NCBI GenBank assembly: GCA_945862455.1
Contig: CAMAXU010000003.1
Span: forward strand, 419-64,418
Source of the DNA: Rickettsia typhi
Lineage (GTDB): Bacteria > Pseudomonadota > Alphaproteobacteria > Rickettsiales > UBA1997
DNA: 64,000 bases
Direction of reading: 5' to 3'
Shown here one piece after another: positions 45,827 through 55,487 of this stretch. A model generated the notes under the pieces. It searched no databases and was not told the DNA's origin. It saw nothing but the letters and a program-made list of their open reading frames with translations. The first letter of the stretch is position 1, and each line of letters starts with the position of its first letter. The position numbers and the translations under genes are program-made.

Positions 45827-47365
45827 ATGGCAGAAAAAAATACTCTTTCCATTTTGGAAACTATCAAGAAAAAAATGCACAAGCTTGATCAAAAAAGCGA
45901 AAAAATTGTTGCGCCCACAAATAGTAACGAAGAGTTTCAATATATATCTTCAGCCTTGAAAGTAGAAGCTGCAGTTGTTTCAGAAATAAAAGTTTCTGAG
46001 CAAAAAATTGATACAACAATGTCGAAATTTGAAGATGATTTGAACTTAGAAGATTTGGAAACAGAAGCAGTTCCGCCAACTTCAAACATTCCACCAATTG
46101 AAAATAAACAATCTGAAGCTCTTGATGATTTTAATCTCGATGATTTTGATCTTGACAGCGAAGCAAAAATTCCGGCTACAGATTCTCCAACAGAGAAAAC
46201 GAAGCAAAATGAAGTAGATGATTTTAATGAAGATGAAATTGAAGATTTCGAAGATGAAATTGATATCGCAGAAGATGAAGTAGTTGAACAAGAAATTGAA
46301 GAAGAGTCCGAAGGTGAAGCGCCTGGAGATGTTGATTGGCTCGGAAATAAAATTATTAATGATGAGATAGAAGAAATTCCAGCAGTTGTTGCGCCAAAAG
46401 TTGATGATCTTGATTTAACTTTTAATGAAGAAGCCCATGAAGCAGAAAATGCGGAAGAAGATGTTCTTGATTTAAAAGATGGTGATTTAGAGTTAAAGCA
46501 TCTTGATGAAGAAGAGTATAATGAAGAGGAATATGATGATAAAGATGTTCTAGATTCAGAAGCGCAGGAAGAAGATGTTCTTGATTTAGAAAATCATGAA
46601 GAAGAACCGTCGCTAAAAGAACTTGTTGAAGAGGATGATTTAGATTTTGCTGAATTGAAAAAACATGAAGAAACCCCCCCAACAATGGAAATCAAAGAAG
46701 AATCTTATGAAGATGATGATTTAAATTTCGATGATTTAGAAAATTTATCACCGAAAAAATTGGAACCACAAATTCATAAAGATTTGGATGATGATTTGGA
46801 TTTAGAATTGAAATTGGCAGATAAAAAACCAGAAGCCCTAAAAATCAAAACTCCGTCAGTTATGGCTTCGAAAAATCCAATTGATTTTTTTGATTTAGAA
46901 ATGAAGGAAAAATCAATATCGCAAACAGTTTTAAAAACATCTTCAAACGATGAAATTGATCTGGAATTTGAAAAAGAAATAATGGGTTTAAAACCAGCGC
47001 TACTTCCGGAAAAACTAGTTGAAGATTTTATTAGCAATCCTGCGCCGCTTCAACCTCAAGCAGCGCAGCAAAATTATGACTCTCAAAGTCAGGTTTCTGT
47101 TGTGAATGCATCAAAAGGAGCAAATAATATGGGTAATGGAATTTACGATTCAACGCTGCGTCAGGTCGGTGATTCGCTAAGAAAATTAGTTGATGCAAAA
47201 AATGTAGTTTCGGGAATTTCAACTTTCTCGCAAGGTCCAGCTTTTGTGGAATTAGCAACTCATTTGATGGAACCTAAGTTAGAAAAATGGTTGAATGAGC
47301 ATTTACCAGACTTGGTTGAAAAGATTGTTCGCGAAGAGATTAAAAAAATTATTCCGAAGGATTAG
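45827..47365 (+). CDS. popZ: PopZ-like polar organizing protein (DUF2497) with an expanded acidic linker
   Basis: The C-terminus LMEPKLEKWLNEHLPDLVEKIVREEIKKI closely matches the Caulobacter PopZ C-terminus (LLRPLLKEWLDQNLPRIVE..VEEEV). The N-terminal TLSILETIKKKM resembles the PopZ MEEILASIRRII helix. About 400 aa of D/E-rich linker separate them. Confidence 0.7.
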   Translation: MAEKNTLSILETIKKKMHKLDQKSEKIVAPTNSNEEFQYISSALKVEAAVVSEIKVSEQKIDTTMSKFEDDLNLEDLETEAVPPTSNIPPIENKQSEALDDFNLDDFDLDSEAKIPATDSPTEKTKQNEVDDFNEDEIEDFEDEIDIAEDEVVEQEIEEESEGEAPGDVDWLGNKIINDEIEEIPAVVAPKVDDLDLTFNEEAHEAENAEEDVLDLKDGDLELKHLDEEEYNEEEYDDKDVLDSEAQEEDVLDLENHEEEPSLKELVEEDDLDFAELKKHEETPPTMEIKEESYEDDDLNFDDLENLSPKKLEPQIHKDLDDDLDLELKLADKKPEALKIKTPSVMASKNPIDFFDLEMKEKSISQTVLKTSSNDEIDLEFEKEIMGLKPALLPEKLVEDFISNPAPLQPQAAQQNYDSQSQVSVVNASKGANNMGNGIYDSTLRQVGDSLRKLVDAKNVVSGISTFSQGPAFVELATHLMEPKLEKWLNEHLPDLVEKIVREEIKKIIPKD

Positions 47366-47486
47366 ATTTAAAAAACCGAGCGAATTCTTAAGTCATCGAG
47401 CAAAGCCCGCTTCAACGCATCTTCAAAACGATCGCGTGATTAGGCGCTGTTACATATAGAGACTAAATATGGACAACGTTCAAGAG

Positions 47487-47894
47487 TTAATAGTAGTCGT
47501 AAATTAAGAAGACAAAACACGCGACCATAAATAAAACCGGCAAACACCACAAAAAAAACCGGCCGTTTTTTTGATTAGTGCTGGTTAGAATATCTTCGCC
47601 AAATTCTTTTACTAATTTGGTTTTAATTTCTTCATTTGTTAATCCGCTAGAAATTTTCTGGCGGATTAACTTTCTCATTTCGTAAGAAAATTCTGTATTT
47701 GAATTCTCAATAACTTGCCCGCCGCAGATTAAGCAGCGCACTTCTAAAAAAAGCTCCATGGCTCGTTGTTCTTGGGCTTCATCTGGAAGTCTTGCTTCGG
47801 GGGAAAGTGCAAAAGCGGAGAGAGAGAAAAAGATTAAAGTTAGGGTAAGAAATAGAGTTAAGCGGGTAAAAAGTTTCGTGAATGATATACTCAT
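47487..47894 (-). CDS. ccmH: Cytochrome c-type biogenesis protein CcmH
   Basis: 135 aa with a signal peptide, an RCLIC (CXXC) motif followed by ENSN, and a C-terminal TM helix. Confidence 0.75.
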   Translation of the reverse strand: MSISFTKLFTRLTLFLTLTLIFFSLSAFALSPEARLPDEAQEQRAMELFLEVRCLICGGQVIENSNTEFSYEMRKLIRQKISSGLTNEEIKTKLVKEFGEDILTSTNQKNGRFFLWCLPVLFMVACFVFLIYDYY

Positions 47895-47946
47895 TTACAT
47901 TTTAAAAAATTCTTAGTTAATCTGTCAGTGAATTAGGTAACCTTTA

Positions 47947-48075
47947 CATGGATGACCACATGGATGACCACGAGTTTTTTGCTAGTTTCTAATCTGCTAA
48001 TTAGAGAAGTTTTTGAAAGTCTTGAGAATAAAAAAAGCTGATTTTTAGTCAGCCATTTTTTTAATTATTCCCAGT
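47947..48075 (+). repeat. Family-E intergenic repeat, copy 2
   Basis: Colinear with 31294..31427. It begins with a tandem duplication, catggatgacca x2. Confidence 0.75.
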
Positions 48076-48798
48076 TTAAGATATCGCCTTTTTCATCTTT
48101 TTAATTACCGATCCAAGCCCTTCAAATATAGCTTCGCCAATAATGAAGTGACCAATATTTAGTTCTATTATTTGTGGAATTTGAGCAATTATTTTAGCAG
48201 TTTTGTAGTTTAATCCGTGTCCGGCGTGGCATTCTAAACCAAGTTCTTCGCAAAGCGCAGCGCAGATTTTTATTTTTTCAAATTCAGTTTTACATTTTTC
48301 TTTCAAAGCGTGGCAAAATTCGCCAGTGTGAAGTTCAACAATGTCTGCGCCAATTTTTTTAGCAGTGCGAATTTGTTTTTCATTAGCATCAACAAAAAGC
48401 GACACACGAATTTTTTTGGCGCGAATTTTTTTAATCATGGCGGCTAAAATTTTTTCATTTTTCACCACATCAAGCCCACCTTCAGTTGTAACCTCTTGTC
48501 TTTTTTCTGGTACAATACAAACCGCATGGGGCTTGGTTTTAAGAGCAATTGCCAACATTTCTTTGGTTGCGGCCATTTCTAAATTTATCGGCAAATTTAT
48601 TTCTTTTTTTAAGCGTTTTAAATCTTCATCGCGAATGTGGCGGCGATCTTCGCGTAAATGAATTGTAATTCCGTGCGCTCCATTTTTTTGCGCTAAAATT
48701 GCCGCATCAATCGGGTCGGGATGAGTTCCGCCGCGAGCGTTTCTGATTGTGGCAACGTGATCAATATTTACGCCTAGCCTAATTAATCTTTTTTTCAT
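48076..48798 (-). CDS. pdxJ: Pyridoxine 5'-phosphate synthase
   Basis: 240 aa. LGVNIDHVATIRNARG and HLREDRRHI motifs. Confidence 0.92.
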   Translation of the reverse strand: MKKRLIRLGVNIDHVATIRNARGGTHPDPIDAAILAQKNGAHGITIHLREDRRHIRDEDLKRLKKEINLPINLEMAATKEMLAIALKTKPHAVCIVPEKRQEVTTEGGLDVVKNEKILAAMIKKIRAKKIRVSLFVDANEKQIRTAKKIGADIVELHTGEFCHALKEKCKTEFEKIKICAALCEELGLECHAGHGLNYKTAKIIAQIPQIIELNIGHFIIGEAIFEGLGSVIKKMKKAIS

Positions 48799-49930
48799 AA
48801 ATTACTAAAAAAGTTAAATAACAAATACAACTCAATATCATCGCAAATGGAAAGCCATTGGCGCCAAAAAAACTAAATAAAATTCCGCCAAATAAGCTGC
48901 CAAAAAAAGATCCAGCAGATCCAATTAATTGAAAAGTAGAATTGGCAGCAACTAATCTAGTTTTGGAATAATCATCATTACAAATTTTAAAAACCGAAAC
49001 AAAAATGCAGGCAATAAAAATGCCAAAAATGAAATAAATTACTATCAGAAGTAGATAAGGTTGATGAAAAAATAATATAGTTAAAAAGCAGCATAAACAG
49101 CCGATGAAACCAAATTTTATGGTTTGGTAAGGATTCCATTTTTTAAGAGCAAAACCAACTAAAACATCAAAAAATCCACTCGCCATATAAGCGCTAATTA
49201 AAAGGCCGGCAGTTTCACTTGGTAAACCAATATTAACACCAAAAACTACGGTGAAAGTTAGTAAAAGATAAGTTTGAAAATCGAGAAAAAAACGCGCCAA
49301 AAAAGAACGTGGATTATGTTGAAAAAATTCACGAAGATTAATGCGCTCAGATTCTAATTTGGGTTGCGGACTTTTTCTTAAGGGCGTCAAGCAATAAAAA
49401 GATGCAATTGCCAAAAGTGCAGAAATTGCGAATGAAATATAATGCGCAGCGCCCGTAACGCTTACTATTACTGGTCCCAGCGCAACTCCAGCGGAAATTA
49501 TCATGCTAAAAATTCCGGTGGCGACACCGCGTTGATTATTTTTGACTAAAATGTTCATCCAAGATTGACGAGTGATTACATACATAAACCACAAAGATCC
49601 CATCATGAAAGCAAGTGCCGCCCACAGGTAAAAATTTTGATAAAAATAAATCAGAAAAATAATTGCCGCGTAACCAAATGAACTAAATTTTAACACCCGC
49701 ATCATGGTGAAATATGAAACCAAGCGGCTCAAAAAAAATGACATTAAAACGCCGCCAAAAGTGTCAATCGTAAATGCAATACCAATACGAGCTGCATCAA
49801 CGCCGTGCAAGGTTAAAATGGTGGGGAAAGTAACTAAATTAATTCCCATCGCTATTGCAAAAAGCAAAATACTTAAAAAGAGAAAATTAAGCTCTCGGGG
49901 AAAAGTTAGTTGTTGAAAAACTTGTTGCAC
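48779..49930 (-). CDS. MFS transporter
   Basis: 383 aa, about 12 hydrophobic segments, GTG start. Substrate unknown. Confidence 0.7.
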   Translation of the reverse strand: MQQVFQQLTFPRELNFLFLSILLFAIAMGINLVTFPTILTLHGVDAARIGIAFTIDTFGGVLMSFFLSRLVSYFTMMRVLKFSSFGYAAIIFLIYFYQNFYLWAALAFMMGSLWFMYVITRQSWMNILVKNNQRGVATGIFSMIISAGVALGPVIVSVTGAAHYISFAISALLAIASFYCLTPLRKSPQPKLESERINLREFFQHNPRSFLARFFLDFQTYLLLTFTVVFGVNIGLPSETAGLLISAYMASGFFDVLVGFALKKWNPYQTIKFGFIGCLCCFLTILFFHQPYLLLIVIYFIFGIFIACIFVSVFKICNDDYSKTRLVAANSTFQLIGSAGSFFGSLFGGILFSFFGANGFPFAMILSCICYLTFLVIYEKKIN

Positions 49931-50083
49931 TTTTGGTGGTAAGTTTTGGTTAAATTGGGGAGATTTTGGTTTTAATAAATAAGAATCAAATATCCTACAA
50001 AAATTTATTTTGACTTATTTTATATAAAAAATATATCGCGTCTTCTTTTTGCTTTGAATTGTAATGAATTTTATGAGGTTTTT

Positions 50084-50725
50084 ATGTTTAAAAGAGTTTT
50101 TGGTATTCAACCTAAGTTTGTTAGTCCAATTCACAATTCCCATTTTTTCACTACAATTTCTAAAAAAGGATATGAATCTTTAGAGAAAAAATCTCTCGAA
50201 GAGTTGAGAAAAGAGGCTTGTTATAAAATTGCCAAAGACGTTTTTTTGCCAGAATATTGGAAGATTTATAAAGAAACTCTTCCATCGGAGCCTTGTAAAT
50301 TAGAAGATCGCTTCGATGTTATAGTTAATTCTTTAGGAAAAAAATTAGAAAAATTTTTCAATGCGCAAGAATCTAAATCCGCAGATGATATGGTCAAATC
50401 TAATGGTTACAAAAATTTACTGAATCGTCCACAAGTTATTGCCCATCCAAATATGGAATTGCCAATCTCAATAACTTCAAAACAGCCATTTAGAGGAAGA
50501 TTGGAATATAATATTTCTAATCCAGAAGATGTTAAAAAAGTTCAAGAAAGCTATCTTTCGAACTTTTCATTTGGATTTCCTCTTCCAGAAATTTCACAAA
50601 AAATTGAATTAGAAAGAATGGCGCGAGAAGATGCTATTAAAGACTCTAAGCCTACAAATTTTCCAGCGTTAAATACCGCTTTGAAATTGCAACCGGTAGA
50701 AAAACAAGCAACTCCAAATACTTAG
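50084..50725 (+). CDS. Hypothetical protein (213 aa), no recognisable family
   Basis: Intact ORF with the ATG at 50084 preferred over the TTG at 50054. It is hydrophilic, with no signal peptide or motif I recognise. Confidence 0.5.
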   Translation: MFKRVFGIQPKFVSPIHNSHFFTTISKKGYESLEKKSLEELRKEACYKIAKDVFLPEYWKIYKETLPSEPCKLEDRFDVIVNSLGKKLEKFFNAQESKSADDMVKSNGYKNLLNRPQVIAHPNMELPISITSKQPFRGRLEYNISNPEDVKKVQESYLSNFSFGFPLPEISQKIELERMAREDAIKDSKPTNFPALNTALKLQPVEKQATPNT

Positions 50726-50891
50726 AGTCTATCTAAAATCCTAAGCAGGACGGGTTTTGCAACCACTACCGTCCGGTTAAGAAATTACTAAAACCCTACC
50801 AACCCTTGTAAGTCAAAGATTTAGATGGGGTAAAAAGTTTTTTCAATCTAGAAATGATTCCTGAACTATCCTTTTAAAAAAGAAGAAATTC

Positions 50892-50980
50892 ATGAATCGC
50901 AATTCGGGTAAATTTGTTTTTAGTCACATCTTGAAATTCATGCTGAAGCATGAGTTTGATCAATGTGTTTTGCGTCACGG
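50892..50980 (+). pseudogene. Remnant of an IS4-family transposase N-terminus (DUF4372-like), truncated by a family-A repeat
   Basis: MNRNSGKFVFSHILKFMLKHEFDQCVLRHGGNYR resembles the conserved N-terminus of DUF4372-containing IS4-family transposases (..G.YVFSQ......EFDKCV.RY.GD...). The reading frame then runs into repeat copy A3 and stops. No DDE domain follows. Confidence 0.6.
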
Positions 50981-51117
50981 CGGTAATTATCGATATCTTA
51001 TGCGAACTTTTTGCAATTCTAAATTTTTTGAAACGGACGTACATCTAGCTACGCTTAACTTTCAAAAAATTTAGAATCACAAAAATTTCTTAGAAAAACT
51101 TGATTTGCGACAGCGCC
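50979..51117 (+). repeat. Family-A palindromic element, copy A3 (diverged left end)
   Basis: The core gaactttttgcaattctaaatttttt...aaaaaatttagaatcacaaaaatttcttagaaaaacttgatttgcgacagcgcc is colinear with A1/A2, with a few substitutions. Confidence 0.85.
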
Positions 51118-51298
51118 ATTATGGTGATAATTTGATTTGAGGTTTTAATTCAAAGATTTGAAATTTTTTTAAAATAAATATGGATTTTAAAACTTTTAAC
51201 TTTTCTAGATAAACATTTCTTAATTTGTTTTGTTGAAAGCATTCGCGTCGGCTTTACTTTAACTAAAATCGATTTCACTTCTTCTATTTCCAAAAAAA

Positions 51299-53224
51299 AT
51301 GTCAGAAAAATCCAAAACACCTTTACTTGATAAAGTTAAAATCCCTGCCGATTTAAAGCGCTATTCGCTGCCTGAAATTAAGCAGATTTCTGATGAATTG
51401 CGCATTGCTACAATTGACTCCGTTTCACAAACGGGTGGGCATTTGGGCGCGGGTTTGGGAGTTGTTGAAATCACTACAGCACTGCATTATGTTTTTGATA
51501 CGCCGCATGACAAAATTATTTGGGATGTTGGTCATCAAGCATATCCGCATAAAATTTTAACTAATCGGCGCGAGCGCATGAACACAATTCGCCAGCCCTC
51601 TGGGCTTGCTGGTTTTACGCGTCGTGCTGAAAGCGAATATGATGTTTTTGGAGCGGGACATAGCTCAACTTCTATCTCCGCGGCACTTGGAATTTCGGTT
51701 GCTAAAAAATTCAAAAAAGAAAAATCGCATGTAATTGCGGTAATAGGCGACGGCGCAATGTCGGCAGGAATGGCTTATGAGGCCATGAATAACGCCGGCG
51801 CTTTAGAAGATGAATTTTTTCATGACAATCGTTTAGTGGTGATTTTAAACGACAATGACATGTCGATTGCACCACCAACTGGTGCAATGTCGCATTATTT
51901 TTCACGTCTGGCTGCTTCCAAATCCTATTTAAAAATTCGTGGTTTAACCAAAAAACTTTCGCATAAATTGCCCGATTCTTTATCGCGCTTCCCCCGCAAA
52001 TTCGAAAAAGCCGCCAAAGAATGGTGGATGGGCGGTAATGTTTTTGAAGAAATGGGTTTTTATTATATCGGTCCAATTGACGGGCATGATTTGGATGTTT
52101 TGGTTCCGATTTTAAAAAATATTCAAGCTGATCATTCAACCGATCCTATTTTAATTCACTGCGTCACCGAGAAAGGTCGCGGTTATGTTGAAACCATGAA
52201 GTCGGATGATAAATTACACGCGGTGGCGAAATTTAATCCTGAAACTGGTGAACAAGAAAAAGCAGTTTCAAAATTCTTAAGTTATTCAAAAATTTTCGGA
52301 AATAGGCTTTCTGAGTTGGCAAAAAAAGATGACAAAATTTTAGCAATAACCGCCGCAATGCCGAGTGGAACTGGTTTGGATGGTTTTGCTAAAGCTCATC
52401 CAAATAGAATTTTTGATGTTGGAATTGCCGAACAACATGCAGTTACATTCGCTGCGGGATTGGCTTGCGAAGGTCTGAAACCTTACGCTGCAATTTATTC
52501 AACTTTTTTACAACGAGCTTATGATCAAGTAGTTCATGATGTTGCGGTGCAAAAACTTCCCGTACGTTTTGCAATTGATCGCGCTGGTTTTGTCGGCGCT
52601 GATGGTCCAACTCATGCTGGTTCGTTTGATGTGTCATATTTAATCAACCTGCCCAACTTCGTTTTGATGGCAGCGTCTGACGGTCAGGAATTGGTCAAAA
52701 TGGTTAATACTGCAAATTCAATTAATGATCGTCCAAGCGCTTTTAGATATCCAAGAGGTGAGGCGAGTGAGGTGATAAATTTTAATGATGATGAAATTTT
52801 AGAAATCGGCAAAGCCCGCATAATTCAAGAAGGTGCGCAGATTGCGATAATTTCTTACGGCACGATTTTGGAAAATGTTTTGGCGGCGGTGAAAATTCTT
52901 GAAACCAATGAAACCATAAAAGTAACTATAGTTGACGCACGTTTTGCCAAACCTTTTGATGAAGAATTATTTTCCAATATTGCCAAAACTCACGAAATTG
53001 TGATAACAATTGAAGAGGGCGCAATTGGTGGCTTTGGTTCGGCGGTGACGCAATTTTTCTTAAATTCGGGTTTGATGAATCAGCCTAAATTTAAGTTCCG
53101 CTCACTTTTTATGGCGGATGAATTTATCGAACAAAATAAAATCGCAACAATGCGCGATGAAGCGGGAATTGGTGTTAATAATATTGTTGAATTGGTAAAA
53201 AATTTATTAATGCCATTTAAATAA
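51299..53224 (+). CDS. dxs: 1-deoxy-D-xylulose-5-phosphate synthase
   Basis: 641 aa. GGHLGAGLGVVE and GDGAMSAGMAYEAMN (TPP-binding) motifs. Confidence 0.95.
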   Translation: MSEKSKTPLLDKVKIPADLKRYSLPEIKQISDELRIATIDSVSQTGGHLGAGLGVVEITTALHYVFDTPHDKIIWDVGHQAYPHKILTNRRERMNTIRQPSGLAGFTRRAESEYDVFGAGHSSTSISAALGISVAKKFKKEKSHVIAVIGDGAMSAGMAYEAMNNAGALEDEFFHDNRLVVILNDNDMSIAPPTGAMSHYFSRLAASKSYLKIRGLTKKLSHKLPDSLSRFPRKFEKAAKEWWMGGNVFEEMGFYYIGPIDGHDLDVLVPILKNIQADHSTDPILIHCVTEKGRGYVETMKSDDKLHAVAKFNPETGEQEKAVSKFLSYSKIFGNRLSELAKKDDKILAITAAMPSGTGLDGFAKAHPNRIFDVGIAEQHAVTFAAGLACEGLKPYAAIYSTFLQRAYDQVVHDVAVQKLPVRFAIDRAGFVGADGPTHAGSFDVSYLINLPNFVLMAASDGQELVKMVNTANSINDRPSAFRYPRGEASEVINFNDDEILEIGKARIIQEGAQIAIISYGTILENVLAAVKILETNETIKVTIVDARFAKPFDEELFSNIAKTHEIVITIEEGAIGGFGSAVTQFFLNSGLMNQPKFKFRSLFMADEFIEQNKIATMRDEAGIGVNNIVELVKNLLMPFK

Positions 53225-53237
53225 TGCAGAAAATTCC

Positions 53238-54563
53238 ATGAAAAACCGCCCGCTCGCAGATCTTTTGCGCCCCGAAAATTTAGAAGATGTAATTGGTCAA
53301 GATCATCTTTTTGGCGAATCTGGCGCTTTAAATATGATAATAAAATCAAAAAATGTTCCTTCGATGATTCTTTGGGGGCCATCGGGAGTTGGAAAAACCA
53401 CGATTGCCAAAGCTTTAGCCAAAATTTCTCAGGCTGATTTTATTTCAATCTCCGCCATAAATTCTGGTGCGGCTGATATTAGAAAAGTTATTGAACAAGC
53501 CAAATTACGCCAAATTCGTAGCAATGATTTTGAAAATTTGTTGGATGTTGTTGAGCATAAATCGAGCAAAACTATTTTGATGATTGACGAAATTCACCAT
53601 TTTAACAAAACGCAGCAGGATCTTTTTTTGCCATTTATTGAAGATGGCACGATAATTTTGATTGGTACTACAACTGAAAATCCTTCATTCCAGCTTAACT
53701 CGGCGTTACTTTCGCGTTGTAAAGTTGTAACCTTAAAAATTCTTGATGAAGCAGCGCTAGAAAAAATTATTGAGCGCGCAGAAAAAATTATAAAAAAGAA
53801 ATTACCAATTTCAAAAGATGCGCGGTGCAGCTTGTTAAGCTTGGCTTGCGGCGATGCGCGTTATTTGCTTAACGCTTGCGAAGAATTATTTTTGCTCGAT
53901 TTAAAAAAAGAAATTTCTGCTAATCAACTGTTAGATATAGTTTCCAAACGCGCGGCCCATTTTGATAAAAAAGGTGATTTTCATTATAATTTAATCAGCG
54001 CTTTTCACAAAAGCCTGCGCGGCTCTGATGTTGATGCCGCGCTTTATTATTTGGCGCGCATGATTGAAGCTAAACAAGATCCTTATTATATTTTGCGTCG
54101 TCTCGCGCGCTTTGCTACCGAAGACGTTGGAATGGCTGATCCAAATGCGCTTTTACAAGTTATGGCGGCGAAAGAAAATTATGATTTTTTAGGTCATCCT
54201 GAAGGTGATTATGCTTTAAGTCACGCCACGATTTATTTGGCAACCGCGCCAAAATCTAACGCTAGTTATTTGGCGCATAATGCTGCAATTGTAGCGGCTT
54301 CTCAAACTACAAAATTAATGCCGCCAAAAAATATTTTAAACGCGCCAACTAAAATGATGAAAGAGCAGGGTTTTGGGCAAGGTTATATTTACGATCACGA
54401 CACGCCAAATTGCTTTTCAGGACAAGAATTTTTTCCACCAGAATTGTTGAAAAAAGAGCGCCCAAAATTCTATGAACCAAATGAGCGTGGCTTTGAAAGA
54501 GATGTGAAAAAGCGAGTGGAATATTGGGAAAATTTGCGCAATAAAATTCGTGGTGAAGATTAA
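53238..54563 (+). CDS. rarA: Replication-associated recombination protein A (AAA+ ATPase)
   Basis: 441 aa. GPSGVGKTT Walker A, MIDEIHHFNK Walker B/sensor, and a MgsA C-terminal domain (ALYYLARMIEA..DP). Confidence 0.9.
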   Translation: MKNRPLADLLRPENLEDVIGQDHLFGESGALNMIIKSKNVPSMILWGPSGVGKTTIAKALAKISQADFISISAINSGAADIRKVIEQAKLRQIRSNDFENLLDVVEHKSSKTILMIDEIHHFNKTQQDLFLPFIEDGTIILIGTTTENPSFQLNSALLSRCKVVTLKILDEAALEKIIERAEKIIKKKLPISKDARCSLLSLACGDARYLLNACEELFLLDLKKEISANQLLDIVSKRAAHFDKKGDFHYNLISAFHKSLRGSDVDAALYYLARMIEAKQDPYYILRRLARFATEDVGMADPNALLQVMAAKENYDFLGHPEGDYALSHATIYLATAPKSNASYLAHNAAIVAASQTTKLMPPKNILNAPTKMMKEQGFGQGYIYDHDTPNCFSGQEFFPPELLKKERPKFYEPNERGFERDVKKRVEYWENLRNKIRGED

Positions 54564-54602
54564 TTTATAAGATTCTATTGAGATGACACTCTATTGAAAT
54601 GC

Positions 54603-55487
54603 TTAACGACGAACAGCATCAATTCTGGGTGACAACCTTTTTCTTTTGGTTTGCTGTTCTGTATCGCTGTCTGAAGCACTTCTTGTAGCATCGATTATTT
54701 CATCCGAAAGCCTAGTTACTATTGCGCTTGAAGAGAAGATACTATTTGGAATGCTTCTTTGATTTAACAAAGCTTCTATTTCCTCAAAACCTTCTGACTC
54801 TCTTAATTGCAGATTTAAATTTTCGCGAGCGTTAGCATCAATTATAATTTCTTGTTGCTGTAAAAGAAGTTTTGAAATTTCTAGGTTTCCGCTTCCAATT
54901 GCTGTTGCGAGAACTGAGTTGCCATTATGGTTTATGGCATTGATGTCGGCACCTTTTTGAATAAGGGAAAACGTGATTTCCGCATTATCGGAATTGCTAT
55001 CTGCGATATAATGCAAAGCAGTATTGCCGTTTCGATTGGTGAATTTTACATCGGCATTTTGTGAAATTAAAAAACTCGCAACATCAAAATTTTTGCAATA
55101 GATTGCGAGTATTAATGCAGAAAAGCTTTCTGTTGTTGAGTCAATTAAATCAGGCCTTTTTTCAATTATTAAACTGCTTACTTCCAAACTACCAAATCCA
55201 AAATGAAGTTCATTATAACCGGCATTAGTTGGATTTCCTAAAACTGCGCCTCGATCTATTAAAAATCGCAAAGCATCAACTTGCGAATGACGTGCTGCAA
55301 AATGGGTAGCAGCAGCGTCATATAGATCATCACAGCGATTAATATCTCCAGGCCTATTTCCTAAAAAACTTTCTAACCCTGCAATATTACCATTTTGGGC
55401 GGCACGCAAAAATTCAAGAAATTCATTGTCACTGGTGTGACCTAAAGATTCTTCAATTATTGCGATATTTAAATTTGCAATCGCCAT
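54603..55487 (-). CDS. Ankyrin-repeat protein
   Basis: 294 aa with about 6 ANK units (e.g. GNTALHYIADSNSDNAEITFSLIQKGADINAINHNGNSVLATAIGSGNLEISKLLL). The basic C-terminal tail is TKRKRLSPRIDAVRR. Confidence 0.85.
   Translation of the reverse strand: MAIANLNIAIIEESLGHTSDNEFLEFLRAAQNGNIAGLESFLGNRPGDINRCDDLYDAAATHFAARHSQVDALRFLIDRGAVLGNPTNAGYNELHFGFGSLEVSSLIIEKRPDLIDSTTESFSALILAIYCKNFDVASFLISQNADVKFTNRNGNTALHYIADSNSDNAEITFSLIQKGADINAINHNGNSVLATAIGSGNLEISKLLLQQQEIIIDANARENLNLQLRESEGFEEIEALLNQRSIPNSIFSSSAIVTRLSDEIIDATRSASDSDTEQQTKRKRLSPRIDAVRR

Noticed and set aside
50892-51074. The 60-aa ORF as a genuine protein-coding gene.
   Set aside because: Its first half looks like a transposase N-terminal stub and its second half is translated from a palindromic repeat copy. 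It is best interpreted as a chimeric pseudogene.
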